Assembly: GCA_964016885.1 (NCBI GenBank)
Contig: OZ024740.1
Coordinates: forward strand, 224,130,001-224,194,000
Length of the DNA: 64,000 nt
Origin: Eledone cirrhosa
Lineage: Eukaryota
Direction of reading: 5' to 3'
A program made the translations under genes and the position numbers. Below, piece by piece: positions 1 through 13,550 of the stretch. The notes beneath the pieces were generated by a model that did no database searches, was not told the DNA's origin, and worked only from the letters and a program-made list of their open reading frames with translations. How positions within the stretch are numbered: the stretch's first letter is position 1; each line of letters begins with the position of its first letter.

Positions 1-39
1 ACTGAATAAAAGTACAAGAATAGAAGCAATTATAATGAT

Positions 40-190
40 AGTAATAATTGTTTCTACTTTTGGCACAAGGCCAGCAATTATCTCAGTGTATTACTGGTAC
101 TTTATTTTATCGACCCCGTAAGGATGAAAGGCGGGATTTGAACTCAGACCATAAAGGGCCGTAACGCTTTGCTGCAAAGCATGGTGTCCG
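40..190 (-). mobile_element. tRNA-derived SINE with Nin/Deu-like core (octopus OR-like)
   Basis: Minus strand CTGAGTTCAAATCCCGCC (box B) then TTTCATCCTTACGGGGTCGATAAAATAAAGTACCAG; same family at 20.5k, 21k, 36k, 56.3k. Confidence 0.75.
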
Positions 191-239
191 AATAGGGAGG
201 TTCAGTGATGAGGGGGTACTGGGTTACAGGCGTAAAATA

Positions 240-923
240 TTGTAATAATAACAACAACATGGAAAAAATAATAAGAAAAGAGGTATGAAGAGATGATACA
301 ATAAGGAAGAAAATGCAGAACATTTACGGTAACTTGACAGTGGGATGAGATGAGACAAAAGGATAACGGTGACAGTCAAATAAAGTGGGCTGGGATGAAT
401 TATATAGATGAAACTGAAATATAAAATAAAAAGATAATGATAACAGATGGGTAATTAGGATTGGAGTATTTTGGAAAGTATTATCTTAATAGAGGTGAAG
501 ATTAATGGTAATGTTTGCTATATAGGATGCTGTGCGTGAGAGGGTGTGTCTATAAAGAAAGAGTACTCAAGGGCTGAGGGAGCGTCGGTTGATCTCATGT
601 CCGATTGGTCAAAAGTTCATTATTTTGGTTATTATTGGTAGATGTAGGAAGCTTTCACCCATACGTGGCTGACAGTCAATCGTAGTAAGGAGGTGTAAAA
701 TTGGCTTGCTGGTGCCAGTATTGTAGACGTTTTAAATCTGCAGAGTTATGTTGTTTATATGGATAATGCGATTGCCGGATGGAATCTTGTTCATCTCAGT
801 TTGTAATTAGAGAATTTACTAGCGGTTTGTGCCTATAAAAAATTGTCTGCTCGATTTTGCTGTTAAGCAAACAATTGCTAATACTTTGATAAACCCTATT
901 GTACAGCCGACCATGTTATTCTT
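240..923 (-). mobile_element. Possible decayed PLE 3' remnant (EN C-terminus + UTR)
   Basis: Minus-strand fragments ITWSAVQ / YQSISNC / LLNSKIEQTIFYRHK resemble the W..Y..C and LN..E....CRH end of the other PLE ENs here; next to (TA)n. Confidence 0.3.
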
Positions 924-931
924 CACTCATT

Positions 932-967
<36 letters not shown>

Positions 968-974
968 TACATGC

Positions 975-1300
975 AAAGAACCCCTTCGATAAGAAATGAC
1001 TAGTGGATTTGCTCCTTGAAATTCCTCTCTGAGGCAAGGTTGTTTGTGGAAGACAAGCAGTTGCCCATGCCTACCAGTCTCCCCTTTCCATGCTAACATT
1101 GTTGTCCAATGGAAAATCAAAGGCCGATATAGCTTGGAAGCAGTGACATCACAATTTATTTCTACAGCTGAGCTAACTGGAACAATGTGAAATAAAGTGG
1201 CTTGCTCAATGACAAAATGCATCACCCAGTCCAAGAATTAAACTCACAAGCCCCCGATTGCAATTCCAATGCACCTTCAAACTAAGCCATGCGTTTTCAC
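975..1300 (-). mobile_element. tRNA-derived SINE, family 2 (TTGAGCAAG-CACTTTATTTCACATTG core)
   Basis: tRNA-like head at 1300-1230; core shared with copies at 6.6k, 24.2k, 24.5k, 44.2k. Confidence 0.7.
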
Positions 1301-1314
1301 ACGCACAGACATAC

Positions 1315-1905
1315 ATCATCATCATCATCATGTAATGTCCATTTTACATGCTGGCATGGGTAGTATAAACTGTCCCTTTATGAGATATCAGGTCGGAGGT
1401 CCAGTTTTGCTCACACAGAACTGATTTTGGCTTGGTTTCTACAACTGGATGCCCTTCCTAACACAATGTCATTGAATCGAAATCTTTGGTACTGTACAGA
1501 AGACCTGCCTTCCCTTACATACAAACTTAAACCTACAGTCAGTAGGCACCTCTTAATCCAATATACGCCCAACTCCATCCTCCCACTTCCATCCACACCA
1601 CCCTTTCTCTGTAAAGTAATGTTAGTACTACAGAACATCGAACCCACACTGTAAAGTGGTTGTGTAGCTGACACGACAAAAAGCACCCAGTCCACACTTT
1701 AAAGTGTTCATGTAGGAGACATGGTAAAAAGGCTCCCAGTCTACACTGTAAAGGTGGTTGGCGTTAGGAAGGGCATCCAGCTGGAGAAAACCTGCCAGAA
1801 AAGTTCTATATGAGTGAGACACGGTCACTAGACCAATTTTGGCTCAAACAGGACAAAGCTATCCAAACCTTGCCAGCATGGAAGATAGACGTTAAACGAT
1901 GATGA
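1315..1905. mobile_element. Two RTE-LINE 3' UTR fragments joined tail-out (1315-1463 minus, 1464-1905 plus)
   Basis: Both have TTAGGAAGGGCATCCAG and an (ATG)n tail; 1464-1640 matches the reverse complement of ~29800-29995. Confidence 0.7.
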
Positions 1906-2364
1906 TATATTTGAGTGTGTGTGTGTGTAATGTATATTGTTTACTGTTTTTTACCAGTCTGACATTTAGAGTTTGACAGAGTATGTATAAAAATTTGAAA
2001 AATAAATCTGGGGTCAATATCATTGACTAAATAAACCCTTCCATGGAGTATCCAGCATGGCCACTGTCTAATGAGTGAAACCATTAGAAAAATAAAATTA
2101 TAAAATGTTAAAAAATATGAGGCTGGAAGAATTGAATATTATAAACTATAATTTCATTGGAATGTCTCCTGTTGTTAATTCCAACCATTCAAAAATTCAA
2201 GGCCATTTTTATATCCCTGCATATAATTAATACTTCCCATTATAGAAAAGAAATAGTAAAATATGAAAAAAAAAAAGCATTTGTTTTTTTCACATTCCAA
2301 TATCCAGCATTTATACTGTTTAATTTGCAATTAATATCTTGATGATTCAACCTTCTTCATCTTA

Positions 2365-2402
2365 GATTGTAATTGTTCTTGTTGTTGTTGTGGCTGATGT
2401 TT

Positions 2403-2434
<32 letters not shown>

Positions 2435-2685
2435 ACTGTTGCTAATTTATATTTTATTTTGTTGCTTTGCTGTTGCTGTGCTGTTGTTGTTGTTGTTGTT
2501 TTTCTTCTTCTTCTTCTTCTTCTTCTTCTTCTTCTTCTTCTTCTTCTTCTTCTCCTCCTCCTTTTTCTTCTTCTTGTTATCATTATTATAATCATCACCC
2601 CCGCCTCCTCCTCACTACCATCATCATCATCATCATCATCAACATCATCATCACCCCCACCATCAAAATCACTAACATCATCATA
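2365..2685. repeat. Compound microsatellite (GTT)n/(CTT)n/(CAT)n
   Basis: Direct reading. Confidence 0.95.
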
Positions 2686-3179
2686 ATTCTTTTTCTTTCC
2701 TGCTTTGGAATTTTAATTTCAGTTCCCCAAAACTAATGGCTTGTCAAGGTGTATTGATTCTTTTATACAAATGTTTCCAAAATGATCCTCTACTGCTGCA
2801 GTTGCTGCTGTTGTTATTGATGCTGTTGCTGCTGTTATTGATGCTGCTGTTGCTGCAATCCATAAAAGAATGATCTGGAAAGTTAAATGCAATTGTTTCA
2901 GTGGATACTTGTTGATTAAGCTGCATTATAAAGTTCCCTATTTATTGAAAAGAGAATTAGATAAAATCTAATCATCGAAGTTTAGTTGGTGGAATCATAT
3001 TGATTGAGAACTTTCATTAGATTTTATATTCTATTATCTATTTTGTCAGATGAAGCTTTTAAATAGAATAATAATAAACTTGGTTTTGTTTTGTTTTGTT
3101 TTGTTTGGGTTCTGTTTGGTTTCGTTTGGTTGGATTTAAAATAATGTTTGTTGTAGTTTGTGTTAGCAAACATATTTAC

Positions 3180-3705
3180 AAACACTCACACATGCATTGA
3201 CTCATATATAGACACACATACACATATGCACATATGCATGTACACACACTCACACTCACACATAGTTACATTTATGCATACACTGACACATACACTCATA
3301 TACATACATTCGTATGTATGTACATACATACATGCACACATATATACATACATACATACATACATACATACATACATACATGTATACATACAAGCATACA
3401 TACACATATATATACATACTTGCATACACATGTACAAACATACATACATACCTATATGCATGCATATCTACAAACATACATACACATGCATGCATGCATA
3501 CATGTGTGAATGCATATGTGCATACATACATGCACATACATACACATGTACATATATACATGCATGCACACACACATGTATACTTGTATGCTTACATGCA
3601 TGCACATATACATACATACATAAATACATATGTACATACATGCATACATACATACAAACATACATATATACATGCAGATTCACACATGCAAACACACACA
3701 CACAT
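3180..3705. repeat. Degenerate (CA)/(TACA)n microsatellite
   Basis: Direct reading; source of the H/T/Y/I ORFs. Confidence 0.95.
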
Positions 3706-5149
3706 CATTTAATAACTGCGAAGGCTATATCACATTACCAGACTACATTTCCAGTTTTGTTTCTTCGAATTCCTACAACACGTCTAACCCGATAAGAATT
3801 GTTATTTTTCCCATTTCTATTTCCAACACAGCTTCAGACCAAATTTGTTATTTTAGTCTAGAGTACATTGTGAAATCAATTATATTTACCTGAGAGGTTT
3901 CTACTAGCAATTTCACAGATTTCTCTTAACTTCATGTGGCTTTACCTTTCAGAAAGCAACTGGTTCTAGATGCATTTCAGCCTCAGCAACACATGGAATT
4001 CTTCCATCTTTCTGTGTTTACTAAATTAAGTTAATAACATTCCTCACTCTCTCCATTTCTATTTAGAAGCACTTTACTTTTCCTTATTCTAATTTCCAAA
4101 CGTAATACCTCACTTTACTTAATTACATATCTTAAAGTAGATCCATTATCGATGATAAACTCTTCAATTATTTATTTTGTTTAAAGAGTTTTTACTAAAT
4201 TCCATTACTTAATAAATGTTCGTTAACATTATAAATATATTTTGCTATTTTTTTGTTTGTTGCCTTCTTTAAGTAATTTGTAACTAAACTATAAGAATCT
4301 ATACTTAATTATTATTTCTGTGAAAGGACTTACCTGATATATGCTTTGACTGCAAATAGCTTTACTTGTTGTCAATGCCCATTAGTTTGAAATAACATCT
4401 CTTCTTTCTCCCTTATCATGAAAGTATCTGAAAGACATTCTCTTTATTTTGTTATTCTAAATTTGTGTATGTGATTGTTCAATGCTAGATTGTTTAAGAG
4501 GCTATTACGCACATATATAAATTTGTTGTTCAGCATCTGGATAATGTTTGAAATGTTTACATCATAAATTACAAGTGATACGTATTTCCATCTAGTTAGG
4601 AATGGTATAGACCTACATCAGGTTTTGGCAAAGAATGTTCCAGATGATTTACCAATGGAACAACTGGCTTGTGAGATTAACTAGCAAGTAGGTGATCATT
4701 ACACAGATAACTGTACCCTTAATGTAATTCTCAGGGAGATTCAGTGTGACACATTGTTTAACCAGGCTGGTGGTACCTTTGAATTCTAGGTTTCATCCAT
4801 CCAACATACTACCAAACAGTTTCTGTTTAACCAATCTCATCATTTCCATGGCATCCGTCAACCTGAGGTTGTGGTAAATGTGAGTTTTACTAAAATACCA
4901 AGCAGAGGAATTGAACCAGGGAAGAAAACTTCTTAACCATGTAGCTATCCTACTAGACAATGCAAAGGAAATACCTCCTTATTAATACAGAGGATGCAGA
5001 TGTAACTATATATTGTAGTTAAAATGTGTGTGTTGGCTTTGTCGCCATGTGGCTCCAGGTTCAACTTGACTGAGTGAGGGCCTTCTGCCATATCGTATAT
5101 AAACATAACATTCATCAAACCTAACCAAAACCTCATGGAATATGAAATG

Positions 5150-5675
5150 TAGGTAGTAACATCTGTTTACGCTATATTTGACTAAATAGTATTAGTTTAT
5201 TAATTGGGATTTAAAAAAAAAACCTCTGAATGAAAAAAGGATGAGTATTGATGTACATGGGACACGAACCCACATCTTTGGTTTGCCGGACCAGTGTGTT
5301 TCCATTACACCAACATGCCACCCATGCTTCCTCCCATTCAATTAGAAACTATATAACCATAGCAGGTATATATATATGTATATAAATAGGGAGACACAAA
5401 GCAAACTATGTTTAGAAAAGGCTAGCGAATTTGAAAATTAGGTGGTAACATGTTCTTACACCGTATTTGATAAAATAGAATTAGTTTATTAGTTGGGATT
5501 TTCTTAAAAACTCTCTGAATGGAAAAAGATGAGTATTGACCTACATGGGAGATGAACTGACATTTTTTTTTAAATCCCCACTAACAGACTAATTCTATTT
5601 AGTCAAATATGGCATAAGCATATGTTACTACCTAATTTTCGAATTCGCTAGCCATTTCTAAACAAAGCTTGCTTT
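5150..5675 (-). mobile_element. tRNA-containing repeat: partial tandem plus inverted end
   Basis: 5150-5275 is similar to 5440-5565 (direct); 5570-5675 is an inverted copy of 5392-5500; related piece at 35535-35690. Confidence 0.6.
5249..5318 (-). pseudogene. tRNA-like cloverleaf (anticodon GGC) inside the repeat
   Basis: D arm GTGT-AATGGAA-ACAC, anticodon arm TGGT-CCGGCAA-ACCA, T arm GTGGG-TTCGTGT-CCCAT, T6 run 10 nt downstream; acceptor stem imperfect. Confidence 0.5.
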
Positions 5676-5849
5676 GTGTCTTCATATTTATACTCAGAGA
5701 ATATATTACAAAATTATCCAAAATAAAAACTATGTCATTAACGTGGAACCACAGACTGTTAAACTACAGAATGTACTGCAAATTATCAATTTGATGTATA
5801 AATGTTATTGCACATATGGCAATTGTGAACTTCATGACGAAAATTGTCA

Positions 5850-6428
5850 CATCAGTCATACAAGTATGCAAGGGATATAAATGCATTGGAGTGGGCATGT
5901 GATGCTTAATGGGAATGAGAGTTGTATAAAGGATGATGAATGCTTGAATTAGATGGAACTTGGGAAAGAGAGAGAGACCAAAGAAGGCATGGGATGAAGT
6001 CGTAAGAATTGACAACAAGAAACTGAAGCTCATGTAGGAGATGATACAGAACTGAATTGACTGGCAGTATGCTGTAATGTAAAAGACACTTCTACTATTA
6101 CAAGCATCGTGACACTAAATGTTAATGTGATGAGAGTGAGGTTATAGAGTTTAGCAATTGAAATTGAATGGATGCAATATAGGGATTGAGAGTTTTCTTT
6201 AGTCTAGGCCAGCATGCAACAACCTCTCTAGTGCTGGTGCCATGATAAAATTCATCTAGTACAGCCTGTAAAGTGGCAGTCCTGGGTCCACACAGTAGAC
6301 TGTGTAACATGTTTGACATTAAAAAGGTATCCAGCTTTAGAAACCTTGCCAAATATGGAACATAACAAGCAAGATGGGCCACTCTCACATGTCTTGGTGT
6401 GGAAAGAGGATGTAAATTGATGATGATA
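5850..6428 (+). mobile_element. Decayed RTE-LINE 3' fragment
   Basis: HWSGHVM...GTWERERPKKAWDEVV followed by the family UTR and (GAT)n. Confidence 0.7.
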
Positions 6429-6554
6429 TAGATGCATGTGTGTGTGTGCACATGAGCTTGTATATGTGTGTGCATATATGTCTATTTCTGTGATTGTTTT
6501 TACCAATGTAAAAACTGTTGCTTCTCTTCATGTCTAAAGTTTGCCTCATGCCTA

Positions 6555-6797
6555 GAGGCTCATTAGGCCTGTGCTTATCCTGGTTTCTTTGGCATCAAGC
6601 AAATGAGAGTACAAGACTCCCCACTCAACAGAATACCAGTCCATCACTTAGTAAATACCCCAGCTACTATTGTTACTCATTTTCAGTTAAGTATACTGGA
6701 GCAATGTGAAATGAAATGTTTTGCTCAAGGACACACAACCCAGTCTAGTAATCGAACCCATGACATTATGATAATAATTCCAACACCCTAACCACTA
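6555..6797 (-). mobile_element. tRNA-SINE family 2
   Basis: GAGCAATGTGAAATGAAATGTTTTGCTCAAGGACAC core and tRNA head. Confidence 0.7.
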
Positions 6798-7856
6798 ATA
6801 AAGATCAATAAGACTAGTACTATATGGAAATAGGTGCTGTAATCATTATAATCAATTAAATCCTTTGAAAGTGGTTCCCCACCACTTTTGCAGTTCAGTG
6901 ACTGAATCCAGTAAAAGTACCAATGTATTAGTAGTTTAACACCTTAGCTTAATTACTTAATTATTATATTATTTTGTATTCGAAGATAATTACTGGATTA
7001 TGATAGTAATCGTTTATGTTTAAATGAATCTTCAAACAAACTATTTAAGATAGATTCAGCAGAGGTACTTATCATATAGTTAATAATTCAATCTACATTT
7101 CAGATAAAATCTTCCTCCATTGTCATGTAGTATTCTAAACAATAGATTGATTGCTAATTAATTTTAACCTTATTTCTGTGACAATATGTATTAGGATGGT
7201 GATTATGACAACATCTTTCAACTAATTATTTGTTCAATGCTTAACATTGTCTTGGTGCAATTTATTACAAATATTTTGATTTTTGGTTGTTCCAATCAAA
7301 TTCCATTTGTGAAGAGGAAAGAGACAAGTTTCTTTTTTGATCTGTTATGTATGTACATCCATTTTTTTTTTTATTTTTCAACTATGTGATTATGAACGAG
7401 TTAGGGGGAAACATATGAAGGCATTAAAAAGCAGAAGTATTTTCACTACAAACAAGAGTTTCATGCTTATTGGCTATTTTTATTACAACGCAAAAACCTT
7501 AATATTTCATTTTTTTTTTAAAGTAAAAACATAGCTTTGTGATTTAAAGAGAAATCATTTATAGCTCATATACTCTAATATAAACCAAGGAATATGTGAC
7601 CAAAATTGGATGTTAAAATAGGAAGTTAGCTTATATACGCCATCTAAATAATGTGTTGATTAGCTGCCTTGGTTTATAAAGGTGGTTTGGATTTTCACCT
7701 ATTTCTTAGGCATAAAGGGTGGGGGGCATGTTCAAGTATATATGGTTTATTAAATTAATTTATGAAGATAGCGTCATGATTTTATGGTAGAGATTTATGT
7801 TCCTTTATTTAAATATTTAAATATATTATGCTGATTAAATTTATGTATATTCATTA

Positions 7857-8195
7857 AGGTAGCATGGTTTAATGTTTAAGAAGTTTGCTTCACAATTATG
7901 AGATTCTAGGTTTTGTCCCACTGCTTGGTATGTGTATTTTACCATTGCTTTGAGCCACTCTATGACATATGAGTGAAATTGTGTATATGGTAATTTTGGG
8001 GAAACCTGTTAAATTAAGTGTACTTGTAATTCAGAACCAACCTTGCCACACACTGAACCATACTGAATTCCCATGAGAATTACGTTAAGTGTACACATGT
8101 TTGAAATACTCAACCACCTATATTAATTTAATGAGTAAGCAATTTCACAGACTTTGCAAGTGGAACATTCATCGTTACAACTGACAGATGTCCTT
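7857..8195 (+). mobile_element. Decayed tRNA-SINE with GAGAATTACGTTAAG tail
   Basis: tRNA-like head; tail shared with 4640-4790(-), 13445-13545(-), 60670-60915(+). Confidence 0.5.
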
Positions 8196-8714
8196 TTATC
8201 TTTTTAAAACCTGTGGCGAATCCAATATTCTATTTACCATCTCCCATATGTATTATAGTTACATTGTTTTTAAACTACAAAATAATTCATCATCTTAAAA
8301 CATTTCTATTATACATAAAATGCAGCTATATCCTTATATATTACAAGCATATACTTTAACCTCATGAACATAATTCATCTTAAAACATTTCTATTATACA
8401 TAACATGCAGACATATCCATATATATGTACACTATCAATGCCGTAACCCCATGAAAACAATTCAAAACATTTATATATGGCTATGCAGTATGCCTTACAA
8501 TCATAGGACTCCAAATTCGTTCTCACTGTGCAGATTAATTGAAGATTCAGTAGTTTAAAGCAAAACTTTGAAGCCAAAAGTCACTACTTAAACGAAATAT
8601 TCTCTTGATTTTATAAACAGTATATGAGTACTATTCAGTCTGTTATGTTTACTGTTTATTTTACAAACCAATAAAACAGCATTTACATGTAAATTGTATA
8701 TATGTGTGTATATT

Positions 8715-8910
8715 TTGTAAAATTTTCAGAATCTTAAACACAGAAATAGCTGTAAAACAGCCATCTGCTACGATGATCATAGCAAAGAGTCAGCTTGCCC
8801 TTCTGTACATTAAGAGATTTTGTTTAACTGAACATTTTCCTATGATTATCATAGTAGCTGGCTGTTTTACAGCTATTTCTGCATTTCAGATTCCTACAAT
8901 TTTATAAATA
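8715..8910. repeat. Imperfect inverted repeat (MITE-like hairpin)
   Basis: CAGAAATAGCTGTAAAACAGCCA / TGGCTGTTTTACAGCTATTTCTG arms, ~75 bp each. Confidence 0.65.
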
Positions 8911-9324
8911 TTTGGATGTAAAATGAGGTTGCCTAGGTTCTTTTAATTTAATACCTATATGTATAACTTTTCAATTCCAATTACTTGTGCCAAGCTTACT
9001 TTGAAATGTAAAAGTTGGAGTTTGCGGTGTATTCTATTTTTGTGTATGAGGGACCCCCAATCCAGAAGTGCCCTTGGCCACCAAAGATCTAAATCCAGCA
9101 CTGTTGGAAATTGAATTTAATTCCTAGACATAGCTGTCTTGTTTCAGTTTTTAATCTTAGAAGACCTGCTAAAAATCCATGGATGCAGCCCCTTACTCCC
9201 GATTATACCAGACTGGTGAAAACAATGTAATGTCACTTATGCTCTTGAAAAATGCATGAACATCACATAATATCCATACCTCTTCAGCTATTTAATCTGA
9301 GGGCTTTTGTCTATTTAAGAAATA

Positions 9325-9586
9325 CAGCATGTGGTTAGAATGCCTCGGGAAAGAATCGTTGGACAGATGATTTTACGGGCAAAACCAACCGGCAGGTGAC
9401 CCAGGGGTAGACCCCGAGCAAGATGGTTGGATAACATCCATGAGCTCGGGTAGTCTCACTTGGAAATCCAGCTAGATCAGTTGCAAACAGTTGCTTCTGA
9501 CAGAACCCACTAGAAGGATTGTTTAATGACACTCCCCCCCCCTATCCTCTCAGGAAGAAGAAGAAGAAGAAGAAGAAGAAGAAGAA
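9325..9586 (+). mobile_element. RTE (Expander/Rex3-like) LINE 3' end
   Basis: RMPRERIV..KPTGR*PRGRPRARWLDNI..LPP, then a (GAA)n tail. Confidence 0.75.
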
Positions 9587-10940
9587 CTGTCTAATAGCTG
9601 GCCTCACATACTTCTGTTGAAATGTCCCAGATTAGATCTGTTCAAGCTAATAATTAGCATTAGTTAAAATGACATAAGTTAAATTGACATTACTAAGAAG
9701 ATTGATTATATATATTCAGGTGTCAACAGAGATTGTAAATGTCTTCCTATTTTCTTTTTTTTTATACAGCTTGGTTTCTATAATATACAAGTTACTAATA
9801 ACAGAGTTCATCCATTTGATAAAATACAAGATTGAAAAGTTCTTTTCACAGAGGAAAACCTTTTCGGAGCTGATTATAGCCAGAATTCAGATAAGAACAT
9901 TTCCAGCTTAGCTTCATTTAACACATGAAGAGAAAACAAGACTACACAGAATCACATTGATAACCTCCACAAATGATTTGACAAGTGTTAGGAAATATAA
10001 TTTTTCTCAGCTAGAAATTGCTGCTATTACAAAAGAAGTGTAATATTCTCTTGTTGATATTTGTTTCTGAAATTTATGATGTATTGTAATGGCATAAGTT
10101 TGATGTGCATCACAGCAGAAGGGCATTCATACACAATGATATTTGTGTAATAACTACATCTATACTTCCAAACAGATAAATCACCATCACTCTTTCCACA
10201 ATGGCAACAACGATAAGGAGGCTCTTATTCTTCTTGCCCTTCTTGTTAAAGAATTTCTATACACTAGGGATGCCCGATCTATCCGGAAGTGCATAACATA
10301 AGTTGTTTTTCTTCAATGATTCAGTTACAAGTTATAGTTTCCTTGGCTGTCTGAATGTGAGAACAATACAGATACTCAATCATCTCACTTTATAGGATGT
10401 TGATCAGTGCAAGCAGCCAGCTTCTGTATTGCTATTGATAATGGTCAAACAAGCAAATTAACCAGCATCAGCATCGCCATTATGAGTAGATGTGAAACTA
10501 TCTTCAAACTGCTTGAAGGTGAGAGGTAATGATAAAACTGAATGAAGATTTGTAGATTTAGGCTATGGTTTTGAGAAAAATAATAATATTTCAAAAAGAT
10601 ACAATACATACCCTTTGGTAATTGTCACTTTAGCTGGGAGGAGTTGATATCATCAGATGTTGTCAAATGTTTGGTTTTACAACCCCGAACCACAACACAC
10701 TCCTGTTATAGAAACAAATTAAAAACGCCCAAAGATTTGTACATTAAGGCTATGTTCATAAGATCAATGCCGAATAGCCTGAAACTACTCAGGTTATGTA
10801 TTATTAAACTGCTTGATTTTAAAATGTTTATATTTATATAAATAACCTTCCATCATAATTTTATGTAAGAACCTTTGATAACCTTATGTTCCAAAAACCA
10901 GATGATAATGAAACCATTGATTTACTAAATCCCTCTAATA

Positions 10941-11135
10941 ACAAACCGAGTATTATAATAAATGTTCGTTAAAGCGATACGTTCATATATATATATGTGT
11001 GCATGTGTGTATATATATACATACTACTGTACGTCTGTATACATATATGTATGTACGTATACATACATACTTACATTTAAGTAAGTGCCGTATTAAGATG
11101 AGAAATGAAATTTCGTATCGTTCTATTTCCTCTAA
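10941..11135 (+). mobile_element. Unclassified non-coding repeat, family M
   Basis: TTATAATAAATGTTCG...TACTGTACGTCTGTATAC...GAGAAATGAAATTTC; also at 28.9-29.3k, 47.2k, 49.0k. Confidence 0.7.
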
Positions 11136-12126
11136 TAGTTCATTTTATTTTACATGATTTAAAAATCCTAAGTAATGTGTTTCATTAGAAATATGGTAAT
11201 TAAAGAGTTCATAGTGGAATACTTTAACACTTGGTTTGATGCTTTGCAATCTGAATTCATATCATGGCTTACTATTTCCTACCCAAGAAAAGTGAAACTC
11301 AATCAGTACTATAGTGAAGTGATATAGGTATTCAAAAATGAAATAATATGAACTGAAATAATAGAACCCAGAGTAACTAGTCTTTTTGAGCACCAACAAA
11401 AATCATTTTACCACAGTTAACAAAAGATAAGTTAGTGTTTGATATGAGATGGAAATTACAATGTTTTGCAACAGGATTCATCATCATCATCATCACCACC
11501 ATCACCACCACCATTTTACACCTGTTTTTCCAAACTAGCATGGGTTGTATGGTTCATTACAACCTATACATTCCATCATATCATGGTTTCTGTAATTGGA
11601 TTACCTTCTTATTATCAACCACTTTACAGAGCGTACTGGAGAAATGTTATCATTGCATCAGCACTAGGGAGTTGTTTGTCTTGTCCTTGACATGACAAGA
11701 GTTTTTTTTTACATTTTGTTGGCATGAATTCTATAGCTGTATCCAATTCCTATCACTGAACATTTTGCAGATTGCTTTAACTGAAGTTTTTCACGACACC
11801 ACTAAAAATGTTTTCATGTTTTCAACATACCTGAACATTTCTCTCTATCCTTTTTATGTTCTATAAGTATATATGAGTATACTAATCATTATATTCTAGG
11901 TTTGTATCAATACTTATTCAATTAAGTTAGGAATTAGTAATACAAATGATCATCACCATCCTTAGCACCACCATTACCACTACTATCATCTTCATTGGCA
12001 TTATTAGCATCATCATCATCATCAATATCATCAACATCATCATTATCATTATCATGAACATATTCTACATCATCATCATTATCATCATTATTGCTGCTTT
12101 TACATCAATATTTCCATGCTGGCAGA

Positions 12127-12140
12127 ACAGTATGTACACC

Positions 12141-12183
<43 letters not shown>

Positions 12184-12838
12184 GTAACAACAGTATGTAC
12201 AACAATAACTACAACAACATCCACAATAACAACAGTAACAACAGTATGTACAACAATAACTACAACAACAACAACAATAACAACAGTAACAACAGTATGT
12301 ACAACACTAACTACAACAACCACAACAGTAACAACAATGTGTACAGCAATAACTACAACAACATCCACAACAACAACAGTAACAACAGTATGTACAACAA
12401 TAACTACAACAACAACAACAACAACAACAACAACAGTAACAACAGTATGTACAACACTAACTACAACAGCAACAATGACAACAACAGTAACAACAATATG
12501 TACAACACTAACTACAACAACATCCACAAAAACAACAGTAACAACAGTATGTACAACAATAACTACAACAACATCCACAAAAACAACAGTAACAACAGTA
12601 TGTACAACAATAACTACAACAACATCCACAACAACAGTAACAACACTATGTTCAACAATAACTACAACAACATCCACAACAACAACAGTATGTACAACAA
12701 TAACTACAACAACAACAATAACAACATCAGTAACAACACTATGTTCAACAATAACTACAACAACATCCACAACAACAACAATATGTACAACACTAACTAC
12801 AACAGCAACAACAACAACAACAGTAACAACAATATGTA
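12127..12838 (+). repeat. (AAC)n-derived higher-order minisatellite
   Basis: Recurrent AACAGTAACAACAGTATGTACAACAATAACTACAACAACATCCAC units; preceded by (ATC)n at 11948-12092. Confidence 0.9.
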
Positions 12839-13550
12839 TGGCTGGATGCAATGCTTGATGTCAACTTATACTTTATTTTGAAGTATGATATATACATACC
12901 TCTGACCTTTGTCGAACTGAACTGCTAAATTGCAAGACATTGTTTATGGCTTGCAATTGTATCCATATAAAGCACACAGTTACAGACACATACATGCATA
13001 CTTACACACATACAAACACTCACATGCACACTCGCATATGCAACTAAACACACATATGTACATGCACACATACATGCACACTCATATATACAAGAAAACA
13101 CACATGTGCACATGCACACACACACACACACACAAACACATACATATACATACAAATATATACAATGGGCTTCCATATCTCATTCCAAGGTTATAATAGT
13201 AGACACTTTCCTAAATTGTTGTGTAATGGAATAAAACCACATGGCTATGAAACAAAATTTGTAATTGCAAAGCCATGGTTACACCTGTTATATTTGAAAT
13301 TGTCATTTCATTTAATTTACATCAGTGTAATTCAGCACATCATAAATTATTGAGATCAGTATTTTTGAAAAAGAAAGAGATTAACTGTAAATATAATCAG
13401 ATCATTGATGATGATGATGGATTGTTTGTTGATTGTTAGTATGATCATTCAGTCAATTGATCAACTGGGTGTCTGTCTAATGAATTAATATGTAAGTGAT
13501 TGAGTAATCCAAAAGCATGCTTACTCTTAATGTAATTCTCAGATAGATGG

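Noticed and set aside
2744-2926. PolyQ/Ser-Asn exon
   Set aside because: The Q frame has stops; no donor site or recognisable domain
3160-3795. Long H/T/Y/I and C/V/M ORFs (also 29k, 48-50k, 58k, 61.6k)
   Set aside because: Translations of CA/TA microsatellites
8282-8425. ~60-bp direct duplication
   Set aside because: Simple local tandem duplication with no element hallmarks
9770-10042. Host exon after a polypyrimidine-CAG acceptor
   Set aside because: Stops in all frames; no recognisable product
12127-12838. Reflectin gene
   Set aside because: Lacks the reflectin MD-rich repeat motif; derived from (AAC)n
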